This document shows positions 25,331 to 37,070 of a DNA stretch of 64,000 bases, piece by piece (position 1 is the stretch's first letter; each line of letters opens with the position of its first letter). The notes under the pieces are model-generated. The model worked only from the letters and a program-made list of their open reading frames with translations. It had not been told where the DNA came from and did not search any database. The stretch lies in contig JASCQW010000032.1 of assembly GCA_030264375.1 (NCBI GenBank), positions 9,709,632 to 9,773,631 of the forward strand, given 5' to 3'. A program made the translations under genes and the position numbers. The DNA is from Carcharhinus longimanus. Lineage: Eukaryota.

Positions 25331-26175
25331 CTCAATGTTTAGTTACTTCTGGGCAGAACTGAGATTTGAGGTTGCTTCAGGTTCCACCCAGCGATCGCAC
25401 ATGTCTTACGTTAAATTCTATCCTTTGTAAAAATCAGAAGACAAGTTGTTGGGAAGAAGCTAATATGAACTGGTAAATTATAAGCTTTTCAACACACAAA
25501 GAATGGCAGCAGTTTTTGAACAATTTATAACTAGATTATGCTCATTAATATAATTTCATTTTCAAACTGATATTCAGCAACACAAATCTATTGGAATCAA
25601 ATCGTGCAGCTATCATTAAAATTGTGTTATTTTGTAAATGATGAAGGGGTAAAATGAACGGATAAATGAAGCTGCAGTGTCAGCATTCATGTAACACTGG
25701 GTGGCACATTGGTTTCTGATAACTTACATTTTGTGTCAGAAAAATAGGTTTGAAAGTTGCAAATTTTTGTTCTGAAAAATACTACAATATTTACCTTTTT
25801 ATTTCAAACTGGATTAAGTGTTCTTTCACCATAACTTTTTCTTAGTAATGTCAGAATAATTCAGAGTTTTGAAATGTCCAACTGGTGAAAATGTCACATT
25901 GATGGTGGCAAAATACAAGCAGCCGAATAATATGCACCTGTAACAATGAACCCTTAAAATATCTGAAGCAGTTGGTTAGTTAACTGGCACAAATATTGAA
26001 AAGTTCATGAATGGACAGTTCAATTTTTGTGGTCAATGACTCAGTGAAATTTGAAATAATGTCAGTTTATCAAGCAGTCTTTGCTGCTGCAAAATATCAT
26101 GTACCACCCTAAATTGTAATATCACTTGTTTGAAAGATAACTAAATATCTGGATGTTAATGCTGAGAAACATTTT

Positions 26176-27131
26176 GGGGGCGATTCTCCCCAAAAAACTA
26201 AGTGCCCAACCAGCAGAAATACGGAAGTGTGCCAGGGCGTTTTTTGGTGGAGCTGAGTGGAATGAATGTCTGGGACTCTGAGCTCCTAATGTGATTCACT
26301 CCGTTGGGGGTGCACTTGTTTGAGAGGCTTGAATCAGCACATGAGTGGGCCACTATACATGGTCCAACCTGTCAGTAGGGAGATTGGCCCTGCTGAGTGC
26401 TGGCCTCCATGACCCTCCCCACCCCCCCGATCGNNNNNNNNNNNNNNNNNNNNNNNNNNNNNNNNNNNNNNNNNNNNNNNNNNNNNNNNNNNNNNNNNNN
26501 NNNNNNNNNNNNNNNNNNNNNNNNNNNNNNNNNCCACGTCCAACCCCAATCAACTCCTGCCCATGGCCAGTCCCAATTGCCCCCTGCCCATGTCCAGCAT
26601 CAATCGATCCTTTCCCTCCCAACTATACCGGTCCCAAATGCAGAGTGCTCAGCAGGATCCCCCCCTGCCATCACCAATCAGCTCACCTCCCAGTTGGTCC
26701 TGCTGTTTGGCACTGCCCGGTGCCTGAAGGGCAGTGCCAGGGTGCCAGGCTGATACTGCCTAAAGTGCACCCCCTACCCCTGACCTCCCACAGGGGCCTC
26801 AAAGGCCTCTGTTCCCAATAGCGGATTGGTCCTCTTTGATGGGGAACTGCTTTAATCTCTGCTGGTGGTAGCCTTTTCCGGCGTGGTGGGAGACATTTGC
26901 GAGCCTGGAGCATACCATCCCAGGGTCACTAATGATGTGGAAATTCAGATTTTCATATGTTAATCAATCTCACACTGATTTCCAGCATGACGCTGATTAC
27001 GTTATAAAAATTGCCAAGGGGAGTTGTGATCGGTTGGACGCCAGTTGCGAATCCCACTATAGGCTCCCCGCTGATACCTCCCAGCCGACTGTGCTACTAG
27101 GGCAATGCAGTAGGCCGGGGGAATCGCCCCC
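26176..27131. mobile_element. Non-autonomous Harbinger-type element (MITE), ~950 bp plus gap
   Basis: TIRs GGGGGCGATTCTCCC (26176) and GGGGGAATCGCCCCC (to 27131); C-rich interior. Confidence 0.85.
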
Positions 27132-28876
27132 AAAATTTAAGATTATATTTAAAAACTAATGCTACCCACTCTGGTCCGGTTGGCCACAGCACACATTTTA
27201 TGGTAACAAGCCTAATTACCTAATTACCCTTGATTACCTATTTAAATATGGTGGCCTGGCATTAGGTGTATTTTTGGGGGTGAGCTCAGGGATGGGTGGG
27301 AAAGTGTTGGGTTTGGCAAACACACACTGATTTATGAGCTGCCCTGACTGGAAATACTCTGAGTGGTCAATTCCATTGCAGTGGTAGGCACATCATAACC
27401 CTCTGGAATTTTTATGGAGTCAGGCTCCAGGGTTCACAGCCCATCAAAGAAATTGTGAACCATAGTCTGAGTTCTGGAACCTTTTGAGAGGTAAGTTTGA
27501 AAGGACTGATTTACGCATGCCTCCCATGACCCTTCAATACTCTCTATGTTCTCCAGGGCCTCCATGACCCAAGTGCCACCACCAGGCCCATTCATGTGGC
27601 ATACATTATATTGAGAACCAATGAGCCACACAACTACAGTGGCAAATAATCTGATCTGCAAAAAAACTGCTGTTCTTGTAATACTATAAAAACTGCGTGT
27701 AATAGGGCCAGGTTAACTATGGGGTGTCTGCTGAGTCATGAAATTTTCTGGCTTAAGCTACTCACCTTGTTGGCAAAAATCGACCTGCTATCTTTTGATG
27801 GAAATGCCAAACAACCTGCTTTGTCAACCTGCTCACGCAGATGTAATAAATTCCATGGCGCAGTTGCTAGTGTATTGGTCAACATTTCTCCCATGTTTCG
27901 TATGCATCTAATCATACCAAAATAGATAAATTTATCATTCATTTAATTTGCTGTTTCCCAACATAGAAATGGTGATTGTAAACCCCTTTTTAGGAAGTTC
28001 TGAGTGTGGGGAATGAAAATTATTTATTTTATATATCACTACCCAGAACAGAACTTTAATTAATTTTAAATCTAAAGGAAATGTAATTAGATGTTTCAAC
28101 TCAAATCATTTGAGACGAAGGCCTAGTTTGAGGTTTAAGAAGAATGAAACCACCCACTATCAACTTGAAACCTCAAATTTAAATGTATCATATTTTAAAA
28201 TTATTTTTGTAACAAAAAATTAATTTAGTTGAATGACACAGGTTTTTAGAAATAATCTTTAAAATTTGAAAAACCATAATCATATTCATATTTTAGCACC
28301 AATTGATTACAATGTAATGTGGTATCTTTATGCAATATTAAACCAAAGCATTTAAATTTTGGTGTAATGGTCTAAAGTAGTAAACCACATTTTATCTACG
28401 TCAGTATCTCCAAAAATGTATGTTGAAATTTCAGTTAGGAGCTAGTCAAACAAAATTAGAATTTCAGGATGGTTTTTTTCACAATTTTAAATAAATATAT
28501 AAATTCCTTTGTAGATGCAAATAGCCTCAATGCAATTTGTGTTTCTGCCGCTAAAGGTATGCAATAACTTGTACGTTTAATTGTTTCGTTGTCTTATTCA
28601 TTCTCATCATAACCAAAGCAGGACAGTGAGATTATGTTTGAATTGCTCCAGAACAAAATTGTCGGAGATACATTGGACTGAGTGACATTTTCCTATTCTA
28701 TAAGTTATCATTATATTGTTTACCTGAGTCTGCCTTGATATTCCTCATTTTGATGACCAGCATTTTCCCAATTGCTGTATTTTCTAGTAATTTGTCTAAA
28801 AACACTTCACCTCCATTTTTTTCAGAAAATCAATTAGAAAAAGATGAGGAACGGAATTTTCCCATGTCATAACAGT

Positions 28877-29797
28877 GTGAAAGTGGTAACGTTTCACCCC
28901 AACCTTTTGGGTGAGCTCGGCACTGCAACCCCCAGCAGTCTTTTTTCCTGACAGCTGGGAGCTTTTCACTGGCAGGGGTGGAGCGTGATGGGGGTGTACC
29001 TAAGTATGCCAGTGAAAATGGCTTCAGAGCAGGAGGGAGCCATTGCCCAGGGCGTCCCAATCTGACAGCTGGGAGACCTCCTCCCGCATCCCCCATTGGA
29101 CATCTGACCCCCGCCACCCCACATCAATGTGGATTGCTGGCATTGGGGCATCAGGACCCTTCCAATGAGTCCCCTGGCAGACCTCCGACATGACTCCCCC
29201 CAATATCATGGCTCCCTGCACAACCATTGTAGCTGTCAAGGGCAGTACAAAAGCAGTGAGGCCCTGGTGGGGATGGGGCCCGAGTGGGTGTGGGGCGATG
29301 AGGGGGTTATGCAGAATGATGGGGGGGGGGTGCCTTATGCAGGGCGATGCTCTGCAAGGCTGGTGATCAACAAGGGGGAGCTCTGCAAGGGAGGTAGTTG
29401 TGCATCCAATGATGGGAGGTGGGGGGGGTTGGTGGTGGGGGTCTGGTGTCCAATGGGGGATGTGGNNNNNNNNNNNNNNNNNNNNNNNNNNNNNNNNNNN
29501 NNNNNNNNNNNNNNNNNNNNNNNNNNNNNNNNNNNNNNNNNNNNNNNNNNNNNNNNNNNNNNNNNCTGGGGTCCACTGGGGGATGTGGGAGGAGGTCTCC
29601 CAGCTGTCAGATTGGGAAGCCCTGCGCAATGGCTCCCTAAGTGCTCTGAAGCCATCTTCACCGGCATACTTATGTTTCCCTCCATCACCCTCTACTCCTA
29701 CCAGTGCAAAACTCCCAACTGTCAGGAAATAAGACTGCCAGAAGGTTGCAGTGTTGAACTCGCCCAAAAGATCAGCATGAAACATTACTGTTTTCAC
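28877..29797. mobile_element. Foldback element with >200-bp inverted arms
   Basis: 28904-29115 is the imperfect reverse complement of 29566-29770, e.g. CCCAATCTGACAGCTGGGAGACCTCCTCCC vs GGGAGGAGGTCTCCCAGCTGTCAGATTGGG. Confidence 0.85.
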
Positions 29798-30054
29798 AAC
29801 TATTCCACCTGGTCTCTGCTATCCTAGAGCAGCAGTGATTCTCGCTGGCATGACATGCCTTTTCACTCTGCGAATAGCGAAGTTGCTATTTCTATGACCC
29901 AAGCGAAAATAACTTATGGGAGAAAGGGTTAAAGTGAATTGATACTGTATGACTTACCACTGTCACTGTCATCAGGTCTGCTGACTGTTCACTTCTCTAT
30001 TTGACTCTGTAGCTGTCACCAAAGAGGGGGAAAAATACCAAATTTCTCAATGCT

Positions 30055-31100
30055 AGGCCAGAATCCTCAGAAAAAAATTCTAATTGTCGAATTTGCGTTA
30101 AAACTGGAATAATTCATGCTGGTTTTTCAGTGGGAGTTCAAAGAAGAATCTCCCAAACTCTGTGCATTGCGGAGGTCTCCAGTATGAATATCATTAAATA
30201 CTTGGAGCAGGGGCCTATTCCCACTATAGAGGCCGAAATCAACTCACTGAATGAATCACTGCACATGCACCAATCTATCAATGCTGAGATTGGTGCCTGC
30301 GCAGTGGCCCTGCACTAATGGCCTCTTGATTGCTGGTGAGCTTGATTACCAGCCCAGGATCACCCCATCACTGGTCCTTGACACCCCCCTCCTCCCCCAA
30401 CAGCCTGATCACCCCCCCCAACTATTTCCAGGCCCAGCCTTGGACCCTCCCTTCCCAGCCAGCCCCAATCTCCAGACTCCCCTGTGAGTTACCCCTCCCC
30501 CCGCACAGTCCTGACCACCCCTGCAAAACTGAACCCCCCAGGGGTCCTGACCCCACCCCGCCCAGTCCTGAGACCCCCAGCCCTCCCTAATAGCTGGTCT
30601 CCCTCGCTTCCCCACCGGTCCCTATGCAAAGTGGCAGTGAGACCTCCCATCCACATTGATCACTCTCAGGGCCTGCCCTACTCCATAGGCCCCCCCACTT
30701 CCCCGTGCCTGTTGGGCAGTGCCAAGGTGTCCCTTGGACATTGGCAATTGTCCCTTGGTCAGTGCCAAGGGCCCAAAGCCAGCACTGCCCATAGGAACAC
30801 CCCCATGCCCAACCCTCTCTGGGTCGAGTGGAGTTGGGCCGCTAGCTGTCCAAAAAATGAGGAGCTACTGTAAACCCCACTGAAATGAAATACTCCTAGC
30901 AGGGTAGAAGAGGGGAACGAGCCCGGAGACTTTAGATCCGGGCCTCCTAATAGGATTTAAAATGTATGGTAGTGAATATTACCATAATTTACGTGCCTCT
31001 CTGCTGATTTCCGGCACAGAGTTGATACATTGGACGCTGCTGGAATCTTGCAGCCCGCTGTGCTAAAAAATTAGCACAGCAGGATGGGAGAATGCACCCT
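30055..31100. mobile_element. Non-autonomous Harbinger-type element (MITE)
   Basis: Left GGCCAGAATCCTCAGAAAAAAATTC, right GGGAGAATGCACCC. Interior resembles the 17030 and 26176 copies. Confidence 0.7.
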
Positions 31101-31548
31101 GACCTCCCCTCCTGACCCCCAGTGTTCATTAATTTATTTTCTGTGGGAATTAAATTGTCATGCCAACACCAAAATACCTGACTGGTACTTGCTGCCAAAA
31201 TTGCAATCACTTTCACTCAATTGCTGCTTTTCTAAAATTAGTAAAAAAGGAATAAGTGGTCCAATATCTCAAATTGATTAATACAGTCAAATCTGAACAA
31301 AATTTAAGTGACTGGAGAGTGCCAACTCATTACACACCATACACCTCTGCAGTTTCAGATTTGGGGACGAGTGGAAACTAATCTGCCAACTGTACGTATG
31401 ATCAGTTCGAATATTTCTCAATTGGGGATTTACCACCAAAAAGAGAAATAAAATATGGTGGTGGCAGATCAATTCACCAACCTACTCTGGTGCCTTCAAA
31501 TATTAATCCCCAAAAATATAAGTCAAAATCATGGGGAAGCACTCAATA

Positions 31549-32293
31549 GGCTGCAATTTAATTCAGGCGATTGGTGTTTCACCCTCCCCTGGAGGAGGTC
31601 TGCCATGTGAAGTCCCAGTCGGACACTGAAATGGTCAGCGACGGGCTTTTCTGGGACAGGGGTCCTGTCAATGGGAATCATCTTCCTGTGAGCTGCCTGT
31701 CAATTAGTGGCTGGCAGTTCTCCACCAGAAATGATGGTAGCTGCCTGCAATGCACCTACCAGAATCCAAGAATCAACAAGGAATGCAGGCTACATGTGAA
31801 TGACAACGAGATAGGGGTCATGGGATAGGGTTGCCGACTGGGAGGAATAATAGTGGTCGAACAAAGGGTTCAGCTCTCAGCAGGCCTTTCCCCTTCCCAA
31901 TGTCAAATTCCTTGATAATCAGGTGCTGAATGCCTTTGAATGAGGGACCCTGCCCCAGAAGTCTGCAAACATACCTGACAAGGTTTTGCTTCTCAACCAG
32001 ATGGAAAAAAAACAATAAAAAGGGGAAATAGAAATATTAGTCTGAATTGCTGTTGTGTATTTTAAAATGGAATACCAGTAGGGAAATAAGAATACTAGTC
32101 TGAACTGTTTTTCCTTCTGGGTAGATGCTTCACATAGCAGCTGCCCTGTTGATGGTTGGATACTGCCCTGAACTTAATCAGGACAAGTGGGAAGGCGGCA
32201 GGGTCCCCACCCTGCACCCTATAGTCCGATTAAAGGACAGTTCCCACCACCTGCTTTCAAATTCAGCTTGGTGGAGGGTATAAAATTCTGCCC
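31549..32293. mobile_element. Older Harbinger-type MITE
   Basis: Right end TAAAATTCTGCCC, degenerate left end GGCTGCAATTTAA; GC-richer than its flanks. Confidence 0.45.
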
Positions 32294-32894
32294 AGAGTTT
32301 TCAGTTGGTAATCATTCATCACAAATAATCTAAATCTACTCCCCACCTAGAATTTGCCTGCTGTTTGCACCTTTACATGATTTAAAACATGAGAAAGTGA
32401 GATTAAAGATAATAAGAGGAAAAGTCAGGCAAGAACTGAATTACATTCAAACTGAACAGCACTGCCAACTGCGGCACAGAAGCTTCAAGAGGCACAAGTT
32501 ACACTAAGAAAAGCACACAAAAATGGACATCTTTTGTCAGTTATTTATTTGATTTATGTTTATGGTAGGTTCAGTAATGTAAACACTAGCTTTTCACCTT
32601 GGGATTCAAATACGGAACAGACTTAAAGATTTCCTAAGTTCTTTTTCTCATAACCTTTGAGTCATTTAGAAAATGAGTTGCAAGTAGTCTAGATCCATTT
32701 TCAAATTGCAGGGATCTGCAAGACTGATCTTATCCTCTAACTTGACAATCTTGAGCCACAAGATATTTGGTGTGGGAAATAGAACTTCTTTATGCTGCAA
32801 TGTGATTTTTCTGAATTTTTGAATGAAGTACATTGCTGAAAGAGAACAAAGACCTTTAATATGCAATGCCTCACTGACATTGACACTACAGGAT

Positions 32895-33224
32895 TTGAGT
32901 TGATTTGATTTATTATTGTCACACGTATTAACATCGTGAAAAGTATTGGTTCTTACACGTTATACAGACAAAACATACTGTTCATAGAGAAGGAAATGAC
33001 AGAGTGCAAAATGTAGCATTACAGTCATAGCTAGGGTGTAGAGAAAGATCAACTTAATGCAAGGTAAGTCCATTCGAAAGTCTGACAGCAGCATGGAAGA
33101 AGCTGTTCTTGAGTCAGTTGGTACGTGACCTCAAACTTTTGTTTCTTTTTCCTGATGGAAGAAGGTGGAAGGGAGAATGTCCGGGGTGCATGGGGTCCTT
33201 AATAATGCTGACTGCTTTGCCATG
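32895..33224 (-). mobile_element. Rex1/Babar-type LINE 3' end
   Basis: Minus ORF GKAVSIIKDPMHPGHSPFHLLPSGKRNKSLRSRTN, the typical Rex/Babar ORF C-terminus. Tail ...TGTGACAATAATAAATCAAATCAA. Confidence 0.85.
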
Positions 33225-33964
33225 NNNNNNNNNNNNNNNNNNNNNNNNNNNNNNNNNNNNNNNNNNNNNNNNNNNNNNNNNNNNNNNNNNNNNNNNTGTC
33301 CTCTCAACACAGACTTGCCCGCTGCAAAACCATGAGCATTCTTCTGACTTTCTAACCATTATTAACAGAAAATCATGGGACATACCCATATGAAGCACTT
33401 TGGGATGTCTTACGCTTGTGAAAGGAGCAATAAAAGTCTTTCTTCTATAACTTCCTGACATCAATTCTTATTATGCAGGGCTCCATGCTCGAAGTGATTG
33501 GTTGGAAAATCTCTCTGAGGTTGCTGAAGTTTTCCATTCCACATTAATGTCTATCACCTTAACCATAACAGATACAAATCATTTCACCACATTTCTTCCA
33601 CTTCAGAGGCATCTTTTGCAGATTTAAAAGGCAGAAGGCAAACTATTAACGTAGCTTTATTGATAAAGCTAAAAATTGGTTTATCACAATAAATGAGTAA
33701 TTGTATTCAAGGTCAAGTCCATTGTCATTGAGTAACCAATTTAAGTAATTGACTTTTTTAAAAAAAACCACATAGAACCATTTACTAATTTCATTTGTGT
33801 ACGATAGTCTATTTCTGAGTAAATTAAGTACTCCCCATGTCCTGAAAGAACTCCTCCAGAAGAATTCTTGTTTGCTTTCTGCCCTTCAATGAATTTTTTA
33901 TTCTTTCACAAGATTTTACCTGAATCACTATTTATTTGAATTTGATTGTCTTTCATGTGAAACT

Positions 33965-34165
33965 ACATAAAATAATAACCCCCAGGATATTGATAGTAGG
34001 ACATTCGGTGTTGGTAATGACATTGAAAGTCAAGGGGTGATGGTTAGATTCTCTCTTGTTGGAGATGATCATTGCCTGGCACTTACGTGCTGAAAATGTT
34101 ACTTGCCAATAGTCAACCCAAGACTGGATATTATCCGGGTCTTGCTGCATTTGTAATTGGACTTC
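33965..34165 (-). mobile_element. Non-LTR retrotransposon RT C-terminal fragment (CR1/L2-group, distinct from the main CR1 family)
   Basis: QMQQDPDNIQSWVDYWQVTFSARKCQAMIISNKRESNHHPLTFN..TECPTINILGV. Confidence 0.85.
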
Positions 34166-35956
34166 TACCTTAAAGAAAATAAGGAGGTTGGTCAATTGCC
34201 CCCTTCTGAATCCACAGACAGAATTTTCCTAACCCATTGGAGCAAGGTTTTGCAAGAGCCAAGGTGGGAAAGTGGCACTGGGACAGGATCTTGATGTGGT
34301 CCTGCCTCTTCTGGCTTTCCCCGGAGTGATTCCGAAAGGCTTTTCCCTTGAATTTGTAAGTAATTAAGAATTTGTTGAAGCTGTGGGGGTAACCATGAAC
34401 TACGTTGGTTCTGAATGCTGGATTTTCCAGCCAGGGGATCTGTTTCCTGATCTGTTGGCAAATTGTCAGAGTCACCCAGGTGAATGTGGAAAGACTCTGT
34501 TAATGAAACTGATAAACTGTAAAGGCTTTGATCAGTTTCACTGAAAAGCTCCAGCCCTGGCCAGGGACAAATTGCTGTTCAAAGCACTTCTCTCAGAGAG
34601 TGGTTTCAATGCTTGACATGTGATTGCCAACTTACTGGAAGATGTTTTGCTTGCCCAGCACTTCATTCCCCCTTAGTTACATTTTCTTGCTGCCAGCCTT
34701 CACCATGATATGGGAGCACCTGATATAGCTCCACATTCATCTTTCCTTGGGGTCAAGAGTAGAAGCCACACCATAGCTAACTGCTCCAGCACTAGTAGGA
34801 TCATCAGTTTCTTTCTTAGCCAATATTTAGTCAATGGCAGGCCGCTGACAGGTTGTGCAACAAATCCAGCCCAAAAGTGTTTGTCACAGGAGGGAGCAAC
34901 TCCACCCTCTATCAGATCCCTGTATTTTATCAAGTTGTGTGTTCTCTTCTTCAAGAAGAGGTATGTGTTGTTTTATTAGCTTGTGTGGAGATGAGGGAAG
35001 CAGGTGGAGGGTGACTGTGAATTCAACAGGATAAGGGTGAAATGGGTGTTGGTTGCTCAAGTAGGCATTTGAGATGCCTGAAGATAGAAGCGTGATGTGT
35101 TGACCTGAGGAATACTGTGCCGAAGTATTCTAAGCAAGTCAGAGACTGAGATTTTTCAGTCCATTCCAGGGAATGGTAAGTCTGAAATTTTCAGCCAAAA
35201 TTTTCTTTGGATGGACATTTCCAGCTTAACAATTATCTGAAAGTGTTAAAAACATTGTGCTGGTAACTGGATCTGCCTAGAAAACGGGTTGTGCTCCCAG
35301 ATCAAACTAATTACCTTCATGCTTGCATTAGTTGCACCCCTTTTTAATTTTAGGCATAAGGGCGGTGATAGGTGTCAGAAGCTTTTAAATATTAAATAAT
35401 AATTTATTTACTCAGAAACTGATAACTGTATGAAACTAGTAAATGGTTCTGCCAAGTATTTTAAAATTCCTTATCAATTATTTGGAACCAGGTTATTCAG
35501 AGAGAGTGGACTAGACTGATTTGCAATAAACTCATTCTCACTTTGTTAGGGATCAGATCAGAAACCCCAAGGTGTATTATGAAGTTAGACGAGACCTCAG
35601 CTATTTTTCAATTTTGGCATTAGTGTGAGAATAAGATGTTTCACTCCAGGTGTGATTCTATTGACCCACTAAGAAGCTTTTATCAAAATAAACTTTATAT
35701 AACAATACAGTTTTAATTAGAATGAATGCATTAGCTTAACTCTTATCAGCTGAATTACTTAAACATGACAAGCTACAATTCTTAACTGCTAATCTATCTC
35801 TATTCATTCCAATTTAAGCAACAGTCATCTTATTGACTTAAATTCCTCTTCAAAAGCAGTTAGCAAACAATACTTGTTAACAGTCCCAGAGCCTTTGAAC
35901 ATTTCTGTGGAGAGACAAAGAGACACATGTCTTCTGACACTCAAACTGTAGCTTTC

Positions 35957-35991
35957 GGAGAGAGAGAGAGAGAGACAGACAGAGAGACAGA
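35957..35991. repeat. (AG)n/(ACAG)n microsatellite within the solo LTR
   Basis: ggagagagagagagagagacagacagagagacaga seen directly. Confidence 0.9.
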
Positions 35992-35999
35992 AACACCGT

Positions 36000-36127
36000 G
36001 GTCGGGATTTTCCAGCCGTGCTCGCCTGAAAAACCAGAGGTTCCTGCTTGACGTCAATAGACCTATACATGGTCCGCCTCCTGTCCACTAGAATTCCAGT
36101 GACAGGTGGGATGGGGGATTTCTGACC
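36000..36127. mobile_element. ~125-bp MITE nested in the solo LTR
   Basis: GGTCGGGATTTTCC...GGATTTCTGACC. Internal GTCAATAGACCT is shared with the 15417 copy. Confidence 0.7.
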
Positions 36128-36734
36128 AACTTCTTTCTGGATCGTGAAGAAACTGTTTGCTTTTTCCTGTAAGTTTAGTTCCTCTCATTAGCACATGACT
36201 AAAAACCCTAGGCTAAAAACCAAAAAAAGCAAAAATTGCATTAACTCAGATTAAAACACACGACATTATCTAAAACTAATTATTAACCTGCATTCTCAGC
36301 ATATGAGTTGCCAGGTGCAGACAAATTAGCACGTGTGAACAGAGCTGAATTCTAAACATACCTCCAACAAGAAGCATGATAAAAATGTATTTCTTAAAGG
36401 CACAGTATCATCACAACTTGCATTAATAAACTGCACCAGGTTACCACTTTTAAAAACATTAAGGATTATTTTTTAATACAAATGTTCTTTTAATTATATA
36501 TTGAAATGCTGCCCAAATGTATTGGTTCATGGAAGATTTTACACATGTAATACTCAACTGTGGTTGAGCAGAAATTTGAGTAAAAAGTTCAATTCGTAAA
36601 ACTGGCACAATTTTGAGTGCAATTTGCAGCTAATCTTTCTCCAGAAATTCTTTGTCAACATATGAATCTAGAGTACTCAAAGTGTATTACATTTATTATA
36701 AGCTTACTATTTTAAAATATGAAACATGATGTAT

Positions 36735-37070
36735 ATGTGCCAGCTTGATTCAGTTTGTGGAATTCTTGCCTTTGAGTCAGAAGGCTCATGTTCTACTCTT
36801 GAGCGCTTGTAATCTCAGTTGACATTTAAATGTTGTTGTAAGTGCTGTCTTTCAGATATATGGACATTTGAAAAAAGAACAGGGGTATGTCCCTGGTGTC
36901 CTAGTTAACAAATACACCTCAACTAACATGATCAAACCAGATTATCTGGTCTCTTATCTCCTTGCTTTTCTGAGACTTTGCTATGCATAAATTGGTAGTT
37001 GATTTTTCCCACACTGTGGCAATACTGCCTTTAAAAGGTTTAGCTGTTATGCACTTTGAACGTATAAAAT
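36735..37070 (+). mobile_element. Old DeuSINE-like SINE remnant
   Basis: Head cttgcctttgagtcagaagg; core ggggtatgtccctggtgtcct..aacaaatacacctcaactaacat..aaaccagattatctggtctcttatc; degenerate tail. Confidence 0.6.

Larger units (their letters stand above)
22123..25423. mobile_element. Near full-length, decayed autonomous PIF/Harbinger transposon (two convergent genes)
   Basis: Transposase on +, Myb/SANT gene on -. Degenerate ends GGTTTGAAACTTAC..CTGGGTGG / CCACCCAG..GTTAAATTCTATCC, with TTT on both flanks. Ends are tentative. Confidence 0.8.
35544..36415 (-). mobile_element. Solo LTR with 4-bp TSD
   Basis: Bounded TGTT...CACA and flanked by ACTT on both sides (35540-35543, 36416-36419). Minus-strand start TGTGATGATACTGTGCCTTTAAG resembles the other LTR starts here. 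Confidence 0.8.
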
